Notes: generated by a model from the letters alone, not told the origin. A stretch of DNA of 64,000 nt from Planctomycetota bacterium (GCA_016207825.1 JACQZI010000027.1:66929-130928); one strand, 5' to 3'. Positions 9,340-19,523 are shown, counted from the stretch's first letter. Numbers and translations are program-made.

Positions 9340-9360
9340 TCTTAATTCTGTTATTTACAC

Positions 9361-9433
9361 GCTGTTGTAGCTCAGCTGGTAGAGCACGTCCTTGGTAAGG
9401 ACGAGGTCATGGGTTCAAGTCCCATCAACAGCT
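9361..9433 (+). tRNA. tRNA-Thr(GGT)
   Basis: GCTGTTG/CAACAGC stem, CGTCC-TTGGTAA-GGACG. Confidence 0.95.
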
Positions 9434-9479
9434 TGGTATAAGAGCTAATTGAAAAACAAATTATTAGGAGGATTTAAAA

Positions 9480-10688
9480 ATGGCAAAGGAAAAATTCCAA
9501 CGAACTAAACCGCACCTGAACGTAGGGACTATCGGGCACATTGACCATGGCAAGACGATTTTAACTAGCACGATCACCAATGTTTTAGCCAAAGCCAATA
9601 TGTCAAAGGCAAAAAGCTATGCTGAAATCGCAAAAGGCGGCGAGCAGCGCGGCGAAACCAAAATCCTTACCATCATGGTCGCCCACGTGGAGTACCAGAC
9701 TGAAAAGCGTCATTATGCCCACATCGATTGCCCCGGGCATGCTGATTACATTAAGAACATGATTACCGGCGCCGCCCAGATGGATGGCGCGATTCTCGTT
9801 GTTTCCGCGGCTGACGGCCCGATGCCCCAGACCAAGGAACACGTCCTCTTGGCCCGCCAGGTGCAGGTCCCGGCAATCGTGGTATTCCTTTCCAAGACTG
9901 ATTTAGTGACAGACCCTGAACTCTTGGACCTGGTTGAAGTGGAAATCAGGGAACTCTTGAATAAGTATAATTTCCCGGGCGACCAGACACCGGTTGTCCG
10001 CGGCGCGGCCTTGAAAGCCCTGGAATGCCTCTGCGCCAAGCGCGATTGCCAGTGGTGCGGCCAGATTTGGAAGCTGATGGATGCGCTGGATAGCTATATT
10101 CCGCTGCCCGTCCGCGAAGTCGAGAAGCCGTTCCTTATGCAGATTGAAGACGTCTTCAGCATTAAAGGAAGAGGCACCGTTGGCACCGGCCGTGTCGAAC
10201 GCGGTAAGATTAAAGTCGGCGAAGCGGTTGATATCATCGGCTTTTCCAAGGAAATCAAGAAAAGCGTCGTAACCGGCGTGGAAATGTTCAATAAAGAACT
10301 CGATGAAGGCATCACCGGCGACAATGTCGGTATCCTCCTGCGCGGCGTTGAAAAGGCCGAGCTCGAAAGAGGCATGGTCGTGGCGGCTCCGGGAAGCATT
10401 ACCCCGCATACTAAATTCGAATCGGAAATTTATATTCTTTCCAAGGAAGAAGGCGGACGCCATACCCCATTCTTTGCGGGCTATCGGCCCCAGTTCTATT
10501 TCCGGACGACCGACGTTACCGGCAAGGTTGAATTGCCCCAGGGCGTGGAAATGGTCATGCCGGGCGACAACGTCAAGATGGTAGTGGAGTTGCAGGTGCC
10601 GGTTGCCATGGAAGAAAAACTGCGTTTCGCTATTCGTGAAGGCGGTAAAACGGTTGGTGCAGGCGTGGTGACTAAAGTCCTTGCCTAA
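9480..10688 (+). CDS. tuf: Elongation factor Tu
   Basis: [47 protein letters not shown]. Confidence 0.99.
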   Translation: MAKEKFQRTKPHLNVGTIGHIDHGKTILTSTITNVLAKANMSKAKSYAEIAKGGEQRGETKILTIMVAHVEYQTEKRHYAHIDCPGHADYIKNMITGAAQMDGAILVVSAADGPMPQTKEHVLLARQVQVPAIVVFLSKTDLVTDPELLDLVEVEIRELLNKYNFPGDQTPVVRGAALKALECLCAKRDCQWCGQIWKLMDALDSYIPLPVREVEKPFLMQIEDVFSIKGRGTVGTGRVERGKIKVGEAVDIIGFSKEIKKSVVTGVEMFNKELDEGITGDNVGILLRGVEKAELERGMVVAAPGSITPHTKFESEIYILSKEEGGRHTPFFAGYRPQFYFRTTDVTGKVELPQGVEMVMPGDNVKMVVELQVPVAMEEKLRFAIREGGKTVGAGVVTKVLA

Positions 10689-10711
10689 AACAACCAGGAA
10701 CGTTTATAACT

Positions 10712-10861
10712 ATGCGTGAAGGTATTTTTTTGGAATGCACCAAATGCGGAGACCGTTATTACCGGGTCACTAAAAACTCTAAAAAGACGGGCAAGCTGGA
10801 ATTGAAAAAATTCTGCCGAATTTGCCGCAGTCATACCGTGCATAAAGAAAGAAAAAAATAG
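10712..10861 (+). CDS. rpmG: 50S ribosomal protein L33 (Zn-binding form); not in ORF track
   Basis: MREGIFLECTKCGDRYYRVTKNSKKTGKLELKKFCRICRSHTVHKERKK; canonical position after tuf. Confidence 0.95.
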   Translation: MREGIFLECTKCGDRYYRVTKNSKKTGKLELKKFCRICRSHTVHKERKK

Positions 10862-10914
10862 TTCTGGCTTCATCCGGTAGCAGATTTATTTGTGATTCTC
10901 TTTAATCTTAAAAT

Positions 10915-10988
10915 AGGTCTGTAGCTCCAATTGGTAGAGCGCCGGTCTCCAAAACCGGATGTTGGGGGTTCGAATCCCTCCAGACCTG
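10915..10988 (+). tRNA. tRNA-Trp(CCA)
   Basis: AGGTCTG/CAGACCT stem, CCGGT-CTCCAAA-ACCGG; sits before secE. Confidence 0.95.
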
Positions 10989-11014
10989 AATAAATTAATT
11001 CATATTGAAAAAAT

Positions 11015-11464
11015 ATGGGATTAAAATATTATAAAAAAGAACAGGGTAAGGTTATCCGCATCGTGACCGCTATCTGCTTGTTCCTGATGGTGTGTTACGG
11101 ATATTATTCGCTTTATCGTTTTGTCCCACCCATAAATACCGCAAATGGAAATTATACTTTTTGGGGAACCATTCTTACTAAAATACCGTTCTTCGATTTC
11201 GGGATTAATTACGGTATGATTATTTCCGCTCTTTTATGCCTGGGCACATGCTTCTTTGTGTATCTTGTCGTTTTAAATAAGCCGAAAACCGCTGAATTCC
11301 TGATAGAATCCGAAGCCGAGCTTAAGAAGGTTTCCTGGCCCTCCCGCCAGCAATATACCGGCTCATCGGTTGCCGTAATTATTTCCGTGGTCGTCTTGGG
11401 CCTTTTCCTGGTCTCGGCGGATTGGATATTTTTGCAGTTGATGAAACTCATCAGGATATATTAA
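11015..11464 (+). CDS. secE: Preprotein translocase SecE (long form)
   Basis: FLIESEAELKKVSWPSR followed by a TM helix; synteny. Confidence 0.93.
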   Translation: MGLKYYKKEQGKVIRIVTAICLFLMVCYGYYSLYRFVPPINTANGNYTFWGTILTKIPFFDFGINYGMIISALLCLGTCFFVYLVVLNKPKTAEFLIESEAELKKVSWPSRQQYTGSSVAVIISVVVLGLFLVSADWIFLQLMKLIRIY

Positions 11465-11478
11465 AGGAGAAACGAAGA

Positions 11479-12012
11479 GTGGATAAAAAGTGGTATGTCG
11501 TCAGGGTTCAAACCGGCAGGGAAGAATTCCTTAAAACCATGCTGGAAAAGCAGATCAAGGAAAAAGGATTGGATTCATTCGTTGCTCGCATACTCGTTCC
11601 CGTGGAAAAGGTTTCCGAAATACGCGGCGGCAAGAAAAAAGTCGTCGGTCGTAAGCTTTACCCCGGTTACATCATGGTCGAAATGGAATTGAATGACCAG
11701 ACTAAGGTGGCTATCCGCGAAACCCCGGGAATCGGTGATTTCGTCGGCTCCAAGAACCCGGTACCCTTGCAGAAGCACGAAGTGGAAAAAATGCTCATGC
11801 TCGAACATGCGGTCGAATCAGGCGAAAGCCCCAAGATAAAAATAGCATTTAAGAAGAACGATAACGTCCGCATAAAAGAAGGCGCTTTTGAAAACCTCGA
11901 AGGGGTCGTGGAGGAAGTTATTCCTTCCAAGGGCTTGGTTAAGGTGCTCGTGACTATTTTCGGTCGTTCTACCGAGGTCGAACTGGAATACTGGCAGCTG
12001 GAAGCGATTTAG
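11479..12012 (+). CDS. nusG: Transcription termination/antitermination factor NusG
   Basis: KWYVVRV, KLYPGYIMVEM, KOW domain, IFGRSTEVEL. GTG start after AAGGAG. Confidence 0.96.
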   Translation: MDKKWYVVRVQTGREEFLKTMLEKQIKEKGLDSFVARILVPVEKVSEIRGGKKKVVGRKLYPGYIMVEMELNDQTKVAIRETPGIGDFVGSKNPVPLQKHEVEKMLMLEHAVESGESPKIKIAFKKNDNVRIKEGAFENLEGVVEEVIPSKGLVKVLVTIFGRSTEVELEYWQLEAI

Positions 12013-12070
12013 GTTCAAATCTTCATTCTTTCACTTATCCTCAAAAGACTGATTTATTCTTAGTATCTTC

Positions 12071-12154
12071 GCCCCGCTCCGCTACGGGGATACCCCTCTG
12101 ACGAGGACACCCAATTATGTTAAAACCTAGGGGTAGCCGATTATTGGGAGTCCC
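12071..12154 (-). repeat. Copy of modular palindromic element (GGGACTCCC..GGGTGTCC..GGAGYGGGG)
   Basis: Shares three blocks with 24187-24268 and 62223-62300, and two with 42501-42542. Confidence 0.65.
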
Positions 12155-12216
12155 TGACTAAAGGAATGGGATGGCAACGAATTTTCCTTGACCCCATTCT
12201 AAAATAATATAAGATA

Positions 12217-12603
12217 TTGCGTATGAAGAAAATTATTTCCACGGATTCAGCCCCAAAAGCAATCGGCCCTTATTCACAAGCGGTTGTGGCAGGGCAGTTC
12301 CTCTTTGCCTCCGGGCAGATACCGATTAATCCGTTGACTAACGAATTGGTTAAGGCCGGCATTACCCAGCAGACCGAGCAGGTCATGAATAACCTGAAAG
12401 CCGTCATGGAAAAAGCCGGCGGCAGCATGGATTCCATCGTAAAAACCACCATTTACCTGAAAAACATGGGTGATTTCGCCAAGGTGAATGAAGTCTACGG
12501 AAAATACTTTGTTTCCAATCCACCGGCAAGGGCGACTGTCGAAGTCAGCCGGTTGCCCAAAGACGTGGATGTCGAAATCGATGCCGTTGCTTTTATTGAA
12601 TAA
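12217..12603 (+). CDS. ridA: RidA/YjgF family enamine/imine deaminase
   Basis: [37 protein letters not shown]. Confidence 0.93.
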   Translation: MRMKKIISTDSAPKAIGPYSQAVVAGQFLFASGQIPINPLTNELVKAGITQQTEQVMNNLKAVMEKAGGSMDSIVKTTIYLKNMGDFAKVNEVYGKYFVSNPPARATVEVSRLPKDVDVEIDAVAFIE

Positions 12604-12621
12604 ATAATCTTGTAGGGGCTT

Positions 12622-12731
12622 GCCCCGTTAGAGATTTGGAAAAAAGGATGTTTACTCTCTAAATGGGGGCTGTCTTTGAAAAATAATATATTTTCGGTTT
12701 CCCCGGGTTGAACGGCAATCTCTAACGGGGC
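12622..12731. mobile_element. MITE-like element with perfect 15-bp terminal inverted repeats
   Basis: GCCCCGTTAGAGATT (12622-12636) and AATCTCTAACGGGGC (12717-12731); no ORF inside. Confidence 0.6.
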
Positions 12732-12784
12732 GTAGCTCAGTTTGATAATGAGCGTCCCGATAGGCATCGGGGAGGTCACTGGGT
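12726..12784 (+). pseudogene. Truncated, degenerate duplicate of tRNA-Pro
   Basis: First 19 nt identical to tRNA-Pro at 12830; GAGCG and GAGGTCACTGG retained; anticodon arm replaced; no complete T-arm or 3' acceptor strand. Confidence 0.75.
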
Positions 12785-12829
12785 TTAAAGAGGTTTAATA
12801 GAAGTAATTGGTTAGTAGTTAATGATAAT

Positions 12830-12905
12830 CGGGGCGTAGCTCAGTTTGGCTTAGAGCGCTGCGTTCGGGACGCAGAGGTCACTGGTTCAAGTCCAGCCGC
12901 CCCGA
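12830..12905 (+). tRNA. tRNA-Pro(CGG)
   Basis: CGGGGCG/CGCCCCG stem, CTGCG-TTCGGGA-CGCAG. Confidence 0.94.
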
Positions 12906-12931
12906 TTTTAAATATAAAAGAAGGAGAGTAT

Positions 12932-13900
12932 ATGAAAGCTTGGCAAACCATTTTTATTCTCGCCTTTTTATTCATAACGGTTCTCATGGTAAACGGATGC
13001 GTTTTCATGACCATGGACTTGAAGCCAAAAGAAGATTTAGAAGAGGTCTTCGTTTCCGGCAACCAAAAGGGCAAGGAAAAAATACTTATCATCCCCATCC
13101 ACGGCACCATCCTCGGCGAAGAAGACGACGCCCCGCGCAATTGCGTCACGCCGGTAAAAATTATGGAAATCCTGAACAAAGCCACCAATGACGATAATAT
13201 TAAAGCCATCATACTTTCCGTGGATTCTCCCGGCGGCGGGGTAACGGCCAGCGACCGCATTTACAAATGCCTTAAGGAATTTAAGAAAAGCCATAACAAT
13301 ATCCCCGTTGTTACCCTGATGAAAGATACCGCCGCTTCAGGCGGATATTATATTTCCATGTCTTCGGATTATATCATTGCCCATCCCACGACTATCACCG
13401 GCAGTATCGGAGTCATTTCCATATTCGTTACACTGGAAGACCTCCTGCAATGGGCAAAGACAGAGGTCATCGTGATAAAATCCGGGGAGATGAAAGATTC
13501 CGGTTCGCCTTTCCGCATGATGAAACCGCAGGAAAAGGAATTCTTCATGAATATCATAAAGGAAATGTATGCCGGGTTTGTCAATATCGTAGATGAAAAC
13601 CGCAAAGAGCTTTCGCTTGAAAAGGTGAAAGAACTTGCCGACGGCAGGGTTTATACGGGACGCCAGGCGTTGGATAATAAATTGGTGGATGCTATCGGCT
13701 ACCAGGAAGATGCCGTTACCAAGGCCGAGTCTCTTGCCGGGATTACCGATGCCAAAGTGGTTACCTATAAAAAGCCCAGGGGCGCGTTGGAAAGCGCCTT
13801 CAGCATACAATCAAACAGTGATATCGCCCAGCTCAAGCAGATACTCCTGCAAAATACGACAACACGCTTTATGTATCTCTGGCTTCCGGGTGCAGAATAA
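12932..13900 (+). CDS. sppA: Signal peptide peptidase SppA (S49), lipoprotein
   Basis: DSPGGGV, AASGGYY, TGSIGV, KSGEMKD, ADGRVYTG; lipobox-like VNGC. Confidence 0.93.
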   Translation: MKAWQTIFILAFLFITVLMVNGCVFMTMDLKPKEDLEEVFVSGNQKGKEKILIIPIHGTILGEEDDAPRNCVTPVKIMEILNKATNDDNIKAIILSVDSPGGGVTASDRIYKCLKEFKKSHNNIPVVTLMKDTAASGGYYISMSSDYIIAHPTTITGSIGVISIFVTLEDLLQWAKTEVIVIKSGEMKDSGSPFRMMKPQEKEFFMNIIKEMYAGFVNIVDENRKELSLEKVKELADGRVYTGRQALDNKLVDAIGYQEDAVTKAESLAGITDAKVVTYKKPRGALESAFSIQSNSDIAQLKQILLQNTTTRFMYLWLPGAE

Positions 13901-13945
13901 GATTAGAGTATCAGGTATTCCGCTTATTTTGAAAAGGAGGCGAAT

Positions 13946-14362
13946 ATGCCGTCAAATGGAACCGAACACAGGAAATACAAACGCTATGGGGTTAAGGGCT
14001 CGGCTGTGCAGTATAAGCCGGATAGTTTCTTCAGCCTCTTTCGCTCTCTTTCCCGAAAATACATCGTGCTCGATATGTCGACCGCCGGCATGCAGTTTGT
14101 TACCAAGGAAGAGTTTAAGGAAGGCACCCATCTCCAGCTGCAGATTAGCGCGCCGCATCTCTATGATCAAATTATCCCTGTCAAAGGCGAGGTGGTCTGG
14201 TTAAGGGCCGCCCCGGAACTGCGTATTAATGTGGTCGGCGTGAAGTTTACCTCGCTGGCGCTGCCGGATAAATCCAGATTGAAATCCATCCTTGATGGCG
14301 CCGTTCTGGAAAAGGTCCATTACGCCGAGTCGATACACCTGAAAAAAGCGGATAAGATATAA
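13946..14362 (+). CDS. PilZ-domain protein
   Basis: RKYKR (RxxxR) and DMSTAG (DxSxxG), GEVVW, VGVKF. Confidence 0.88.
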   Translation: MPSNGTEHRKYKRYGVKGSAVQYKPDSFFSLFRSLSRKYIVLDMSTAGMQFVTKEEFKEGTHLQLQISAPHLYDQIIPVKGEVVWLRAAPELRINVVGVKFTSLALPDKSRLKSILDGAVLEKVHYAESIHLKKADKI

Positions 14363-14451
14363 TAAAATTAAGAGTAAGGTTCGGATGTTTCCCGGTACAA
14401 TGCAAAATATAATAGGTTTTGCCGTGGAAGCACTTAAAGAAAGGATGGAAA

Positions 14452-15882
14452 ATGAAAATAAATAAATGGAAATTTAACCTGCTGGCTTTAATTGCAGTAA
14501 GCATATCATTAACTATAGGTGGTGTTCACACGATACTGGCGCAGGGAAAAAAGGATAAGGCGGAAGTGATTACCGCGGAGCGAATCATAAAAGACATCAA
14601 AATATACCAGAAAGAAGTGGAAGATATTAGGGGTAAGAAATTCAAGGCCGATACTACGGTAAAAAACCAGTCCATGGATGAATTTAAGCAATTCGTTAAG
14701 GCGGGATTGGATGAGGAGCTCCCGAAAGAAAAGGCGCAGTTAATCCAGGCCGCCTGGTCAAAATTGGGGCTGATCCCTAAAGATTATGATTTACGAAAAG
14801 GATTAGAAAATCTTGTGGTCAGCCAGGCCGGTGCGTATTATGATAATAAAACCAAAACGGTTTATCTGATTAAAACGGATGCCCTCCCGCCTTCTATCGT
14901 TAAAATGGCGATAGTCCATGAGCTTTGCCATGCACTGCAGGACCAGTATTTTGACCTTACGAAAATCATGAAAGATTCCATGGGAGACTACGATTATTCG
15001 GCAGCCATGCGATTCCTTTATGAAGGCGAGGCAAGCTATGTGGGGAATTTTTATGCGGCCAAAGAAATGCTTTCCGGCATGGGAATGGATATGAAATCGG
15101 ATGACCCGATGATACTCCAGCAGTTTATGCTTTTAAAATCCATGAGCCGGGAGGCCGTGTTAAAACAGAACGATGCAGAGATGGGCCAGTTAAGCGGGGA
15201 CTATCCGGCAATAAAAGCAAGCCTGGATGGCGCCAAAACCGCTCCTCCTTTTCTTTATTGGGAACTTAGCGCCCCGTATGTTTCCGGCGTGGCAAACATC
15301 GCGGAAATCATCGGCCTTAAACTCAAAAACCAGAAACAAGATTATACCGGAGGTTGGCAAAATGTGGATATTGCTTATAGCGCAAAATTAGTTTCTACCG
15401 AGCAGATCTTTCATCCGGCTAAACTGTTAACGGAAAAAGACGAACCGACAGCGGTTACTCAGCCGGAATTGCCTGAATCTTGGGAAGTGGCGTATTCCGA
15501 TAATCTCGGCGAATTCGGCTTCTGGACGCTTTATGATGTTTATGGGATTAAAGACCCAGCCAAAGCCGCCGATGGATGGGACGGAGACAAGTATTTCCTG
15601 CTCAAAAACAAGGAGAGTGATAATTACGCGCTGTATTTTTCCACGGTTTGGGACACCAATAACGACGCCGCGGATTCTTTTGAAGCGTATCAAAAAATCG
15701 TGGTTGAGAAAAATCCTGACTGGAAGAAAAGCGATGATTCAACCAAACAATCCGTGACATGGAACAGCCCGGACGGCAAGTTTACGGTTATTATGGCATT
15801 GGAAAACAATAAATGGATATCCATGGAAAACATACCGTCCGAAACGGTAAAGTTATGGAAAACCCCTCTGAAGAAAGATTAA
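14452..15882 (+). CDS. Exported putative zinc metallopeptidase
   Basis: Signal peptide; HELCHALQDQ...EGEA motif; STEQI; GWDGD. Confidence 0.7.
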   Translation: MKINKWKFNLLALIAVSISLTIGGVHTILAQGKKDKAEVITAERIIKDIKIYQKEVEDIRGKKFKADTTVKNQSMDEFKQFVKAGLDEELPKEKAQLIQAAWSKLGLIPKDYDLRKGLENLVVSQAGAYYDNKTKTVYLIKTDALPPSIVKMAIVHELCHALQDQYFDLTKIMKDSMGDYDYSAAMRFLYEGEASYVGNFYAAKEMLSGMGMDMKSDDPMILQQFMLLKSMSREAVLKQNDAEMGQLSGDYPAIKASLDGAKTAPPFLYWELSAPYVSGVANIAEIIGLKLKNQKQDYTGGWQNVDIAYSAKLVSTEQIFHPAKLLTEKDEPTAVTQPELPESWEVAYSDNLGEFGFWTLYDVYGIKDPAKAADGWDGDKYFLLKNKESDNYALYFSTVWDTNNDAADSFEAYQKIVVEKNPDWKKSDDSTKQSVTWNSPDGKFTVIMALENNKWISMENIPSETVKLWKTPLKKD

Positions 15883-15964
15883 AGGGAATAAAAACCGTTC
15901 GGGAATACAAAGTTGATTGGTGGATTAAGCGCGAAATAAACAATCAAATCGTAAAGGATGCAAC

Positions 15965-17602
15965 ATGATGACAAGGCTTTTTAAGATGCTACCGGTGTTT
16001 TTGCTGGTTTTGGCAATGGCGGCTGACGCAATCGGACAGGAAAAAATCACCAAAGAGGAAAACGACAGATGCGTCGTGATTATAATGGTCTATGACGGGG
16101 AAGACACCTTTATCGGCAAAGGGACCGGCTTTATCGTGAAAGAGGACGGCCTGGTCGCGACTAATTTCCATGTGATAAGCGAGGCAAAATCCATAAAAGC
16201 CAAGGCAATCGACGGCAGCGTATATAAAGCCAAAGGTGTCGTCTTTGCCGATGCTACCAAGGATTTGGCTGTCCTGAAAATAGACGCCCAAAATCTGCCC
16301 TGCGTGGTATTGGGCGATTCGGATAAGCTGGGCAAAGATGACGAAGTCTACGTCATCGGCTCGCCCGGCATGGAAGAAAAACATGTATTTTCCAAGGGGA
16401 AGATAATCCGCATAAATGACCCTTCCCGGATGTCCAATTGCATCCAGATAAACGCCGGGGCTTCATTCGGGAGCAGCGGTTCCCCGCTCTTTGACAGGGA
16501 AGGGCGGGTCGTCGGCATCGTTTCCGAGGCTTCGGATGTCGTCCAAAGCCGTAATTTTGCCATACCGATAAACCTTATCAAGGATAAAATAAACAATGAT
16601 AAAGTAAAAACTTTGGATGAAGTGCTGACCGGCGATTACCCGGAATACTGGTTTTGGAAAGGCGAGGCTTATGAGCTGCAGGAGGATTACCCGCAGGCGA
16701 TGGAGTGTTACAATAAGGCGCTTGGCTTGCGGAAAGATTACGCAGAGGCATATTTCCATCTCGGGTTGGTGTATGACGCATTGGGTAAAGAAGAAGATGC
16801 CTTTAAACATTTCAGCCGGGCCGTGGAATTGCGCCGGGATGATACCCTGATGATAATGAATTTAGCCGCCTCTTATGATACCTCCGGCAACGCCCAAAAG
16901 GCGATTGAACTCCTGGAAGGCGCGATTAAGCTCGAACCGGAATTTTCCGGCTTGTATTACACCCTGGGCGTTATTTACGGCAAGATGAAAAAGACGGATA
17001 TGGCGCTTAAGTATTACAAGGAAGCGCTCGAGTTATACCCGGATTATTCAGACGCGCTCTGTAATCTCGGCGTCATTTACAAGGACGCCGGCAATATCAA
17101 GGAAGCGGCGGATTGCTTCAAGCGGACAATAGAAATAAACCCAAAAGACGATATCGCCTGCTATCATTTGGGGGTGATATATTATGATTCCAGGCAATAC
17201 AAGCAGGCGCGCGACCTTTTCAAAGTGGCGGTTGTTGCCGATAAAAACAACCATGAATATTACCGCTACCTGGCGTTATCCTACGGCAGGCTGGGCGCGT
17301 TCAAGGAATCTATCCAAGGGTTTGAAAACGCCATCCGCCTTAAGCCGGATTTCACTTCGGCCTATTGCGGGCTGGGCGCGGTCTATAGCGTCATGGGCAA
17401 ATATGACGAAGCAATCGCGGTCTTCCAAAAGGCCGTGAAGCTGGACCCAAAGATGGATTCGCTCCATATGAACCTGGGGAGCATTTACCTGGCCAAAAAC
17501 GATATTGAATCAGCGGAAAAGGAATATGAGGCGCTCGAAAAGCTGAATAAAGAAATGGCGAACAGCCTGCTGGAGATGATAAATAAGAAAAGAAAGGAAT
17601 GA
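15965..17602 (+). CDS. Trypsin-like serine protease with TPR repeats
   Basis: GTGFIV, TNFHVI, DLAVLKI, GSSGSPL, then multiple TPRs. Confidence 0.9.
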   Translation: MMTRLFKMLPVFLLVLAMAADAIGQEKITKEENDRCVVIIMVYDGEDTFIGKGTGFIVKEDGLVATNFHVISEAKSIKAKAIDGSVYKAKGVVFADATKDLAVLKIDAQNLPCVVLGDSDKLGKDDEVYVIGSPGMEEKHVFSKGKIIRINDPSRMSNCIQINAGASFGSSGSPLFDREGRVVGIVSEASDVVQSRNFAIPINLIKDKINNDKVKTLDEVLTGDYPEYWFWKGEAYELQEDYPQAMECYNKALGLRKDYAEAYFHLGLVYDALGKEEDAFKHFSRAVELRRDDTLMIMNLAASYDTSGNAQKAIELLEGAIKLEPEFSGLYYTLGVIYGKMKKTDMALKYYKEALELYPDYSDALCNLGVIYKDAGNIKEAADCFKRTIEINPKDDIACYHLGVIYYDSRQYKQARDLFKVAVVADKNNHEYYRYLALSYGRLGAFKESIQGFENAIRLKPDFTSAYCGLGAVYSVMGKYDEAIAVFQKAVKLDPKMDSLHMNLGSIYLAKNDIESAEKEYEALEKLNKEMANSLLEMINKKRKE

Positions 17603-17770
17603 GCCCTGCGGGGCGATTAGTTGTCGGCAATCAGTTATTAGCGTCTGCCGAATAAAAGGAGATAAAGTGTGAAGAAACTGATATTCCTGGCTCTTCTCTT
17701 GAGCATCCTCGGAATTACACGTCTAATCAACTTATCAACGTATGAACTTATGGGTTTTTAGCAAACTTTC

Positions 17771-18541
17771 TTATTTAATCACGAAATAGATTTCCGGGAC
17801 GGGATTAGCTTTCGGCCAGGCCGCCCGTTCGGCTTCCGCCGGGAACTTGAAAGAAGGAAAACGTTTCAGGATTAAGACCTCACAATCCGCGCAGAGCGGT
17901 GTAATGCGGCTCCGCGGGTCCATCACGCATTTCTTAACCGGCTTATCCGGCTGTCCCTTGTAAGGATACTCGTCCGGCAGGTGGAACATGGAGTGGTTAA
18001 ACTCGTGGAGGATTCCCGCGCCAAAAACTCTTAGCCCGATATCGGGTGATTTATCCCCGCCGATATCCAAAAGGTTCACGCCGACGGTAATCAGCCCGCC
18101 GAAATAGGCATGCCCGCCCTGATTCTGCGCCATCTTTTCGAGTGTTAGATATGCCTTGTCGCCGTTATTCAGGAGAATCACTTTCTTTATGAACATATTA
18201 CCGTAGGTATCGTTCCAGATAAGCTGGGAAAACCTCTGCAGTCCTTTCTTGAGCTTATCAATATCTTCCGGGGTGGCGTCGTATTTTATGGCCGCGTTCA
18301 TGCAGAGTCCCACCGGCGCGGCTTGGGAGTAGAAAATCTTGGGAACCCCGTTTTCATCCAGCTTAAAGCCTTTTAACTCTTCATCCGCCATCCATTCGCC
18401 GTCTATCATTTGGAAACCCCGCGCCTGCATGGCGTGCATCATGTAATCTTCCGAAGTCAGGCCGGGTGCGGTGGGTTTACTCTGGCAGGCGTTAAGGATA
18501 ATCAATCCGCTTAATAAAGCGGGCAGCATAACCTTTTTCAT
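17771..18541 (-). CDS. Lipoprotein with HExxH metalloprotease-like motif
   Basis: Lipobox LNAC; ILHEFNHSMFHLPDEY; CVM Met-turn. Confidence 0.7.
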   Translation of the reverse strand: MKKVMLPALLSGLIILNACQSKPTAPGLTSEDYMMHAMQARGFQMIDGEWMADEELKGFKLDENGVPKIFYSQAAPVGLCMNAAIKYDATPEDIDKLKKGLQRFSQLIWNDTYGNMFIKKVILLNNGDKAYLTLEKMAQNQGGHAYFGGLITVGVNLLDIGGDKSPDIGLRVFGAGILHEFNHSMFHLPDEYPYKGQPDKPVKKCVMDPRSRITPLCADCEVLILKRFPSFKFPAEAERAAWPKANPVPEIYFVIK

Positions 18542-18699
18542 ATAACGAATCCTTTCAATTATTAAATGAATGGAAGTTTAATATAGAAGCTGGGTATCGT
18601 TCTGTCAACAGAAATGCTTGAGTTTGTCGAAGATGACAACATTGTAATGTTTTATCCTTCCACTTATTCTTAATCTTATTTTGCTTCTTACTTAAATCG

Positions 18700-18980
18700 T
18701 TTTTCCGGCAGGGGGAGGTGGGCTTTTCGTGAGAGGGGAACAAGCCGTTTGGGAGAGGGGTCTGGCCATTCGCAATGGGGAATTAAGCCTGCCAAAGAGA
18801 CGGGAATAAATCTTTTAATAGGGGAGTCTGGCTGATTTGGGGGAGGGAAATAGCCGGCACGGGAGGGGGTTCTGGCTGGCAAGAGACGCCGGTTTATGCC
18901 GTTTGAGAGGGGAGTCTCGCCTGGCTAAAACGGGGATTAGGCGATTTTAGTAGGGGGGTATATACCCTACCTACCCCCCT
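18700..18980. repeat. Degenerate ~22-nt-period tandem array ending in a G/C hairpin
   Basis: GC(C/T) registers at 18722, 18744, 18765, 18787, 18831, 18853, 18875, 18898, 18919, 18941, mostly followed by a purine/GGG run. Confidence 0.65.
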
Positions 18981-19009
18981 ATCACAGCCTTTTTTCCCGA
19001 AAATTATAG

Positions 19010-19038
19010 TTGACATGTTTCCGCTGATTTGATAAAGT
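19010..19038 (+). promoter_or_regulatory. Sigma-70-type promoter of the PIN module (probably leaderless)
   Basis: TTGACA-17 nt-TAAAGT, 8 nt before ATG 19047. Confidence 0.6.
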
Positions 19039-19046
19039 AAACAACT

Positions 19047-19523
19047 ATGCCGAAACTAAAAATATATTTGGATTCATCCGTTCCAAGCGCTTATTATGAT
19101 AAGCAAAAACCGGCGCGTCAAAAGATTACTCAAAAATGGTGGGACGAAGTGATGAAGCGGGATTATACGGTTTATATATCACAGGTAACGGAAACCGAGT
19201 TAAATGCGACTAAAAATTTGCATTTACGCGAAAACCTGCGTAATTTAGTCGGAAATCTGCCTGTTTTGGAAATACCTGACAACGCAAAAGGGTTAGCCGA
19301 ATTGTATATTGAAAATGATATTATACCGGACGAGTACTTTAACGATGCGCTTCATATTGCCGTTGCCACATTAAACGGGATAAATATTCTGGCAAGTTGG
19401 AACTTTGTCCACCTGGTTAATCTTGAAACCAGGAGGAAAGTTAAGGGGATAAACCTGGTAAAAGGATATAACGAAATTGATATTGCCAGTCCGGAAGAAT
19501 TAGGAGGAGGAAAATATGTCTAA
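19047..19523 (+). CDS. PIN-domain protein (VapC-like)
   Basis: IYLDSSV, TETEL, DALHIAVA, ILASWNFVHLVN. Confidence 0.9.
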   Translation: MPKLKIYLDSSVPSAYYDKQKPARQKITQKWWDEVMKRDYTVYISQVTETELNATKNLHLRENLRNLVGNLPVLEIPDNAKGLAELYIENDIIPDEYFNDALHIAVATLNGINILASWNFVHLVNLETRRKVKGINLVKGYNEIDIASPEELGGGKYV

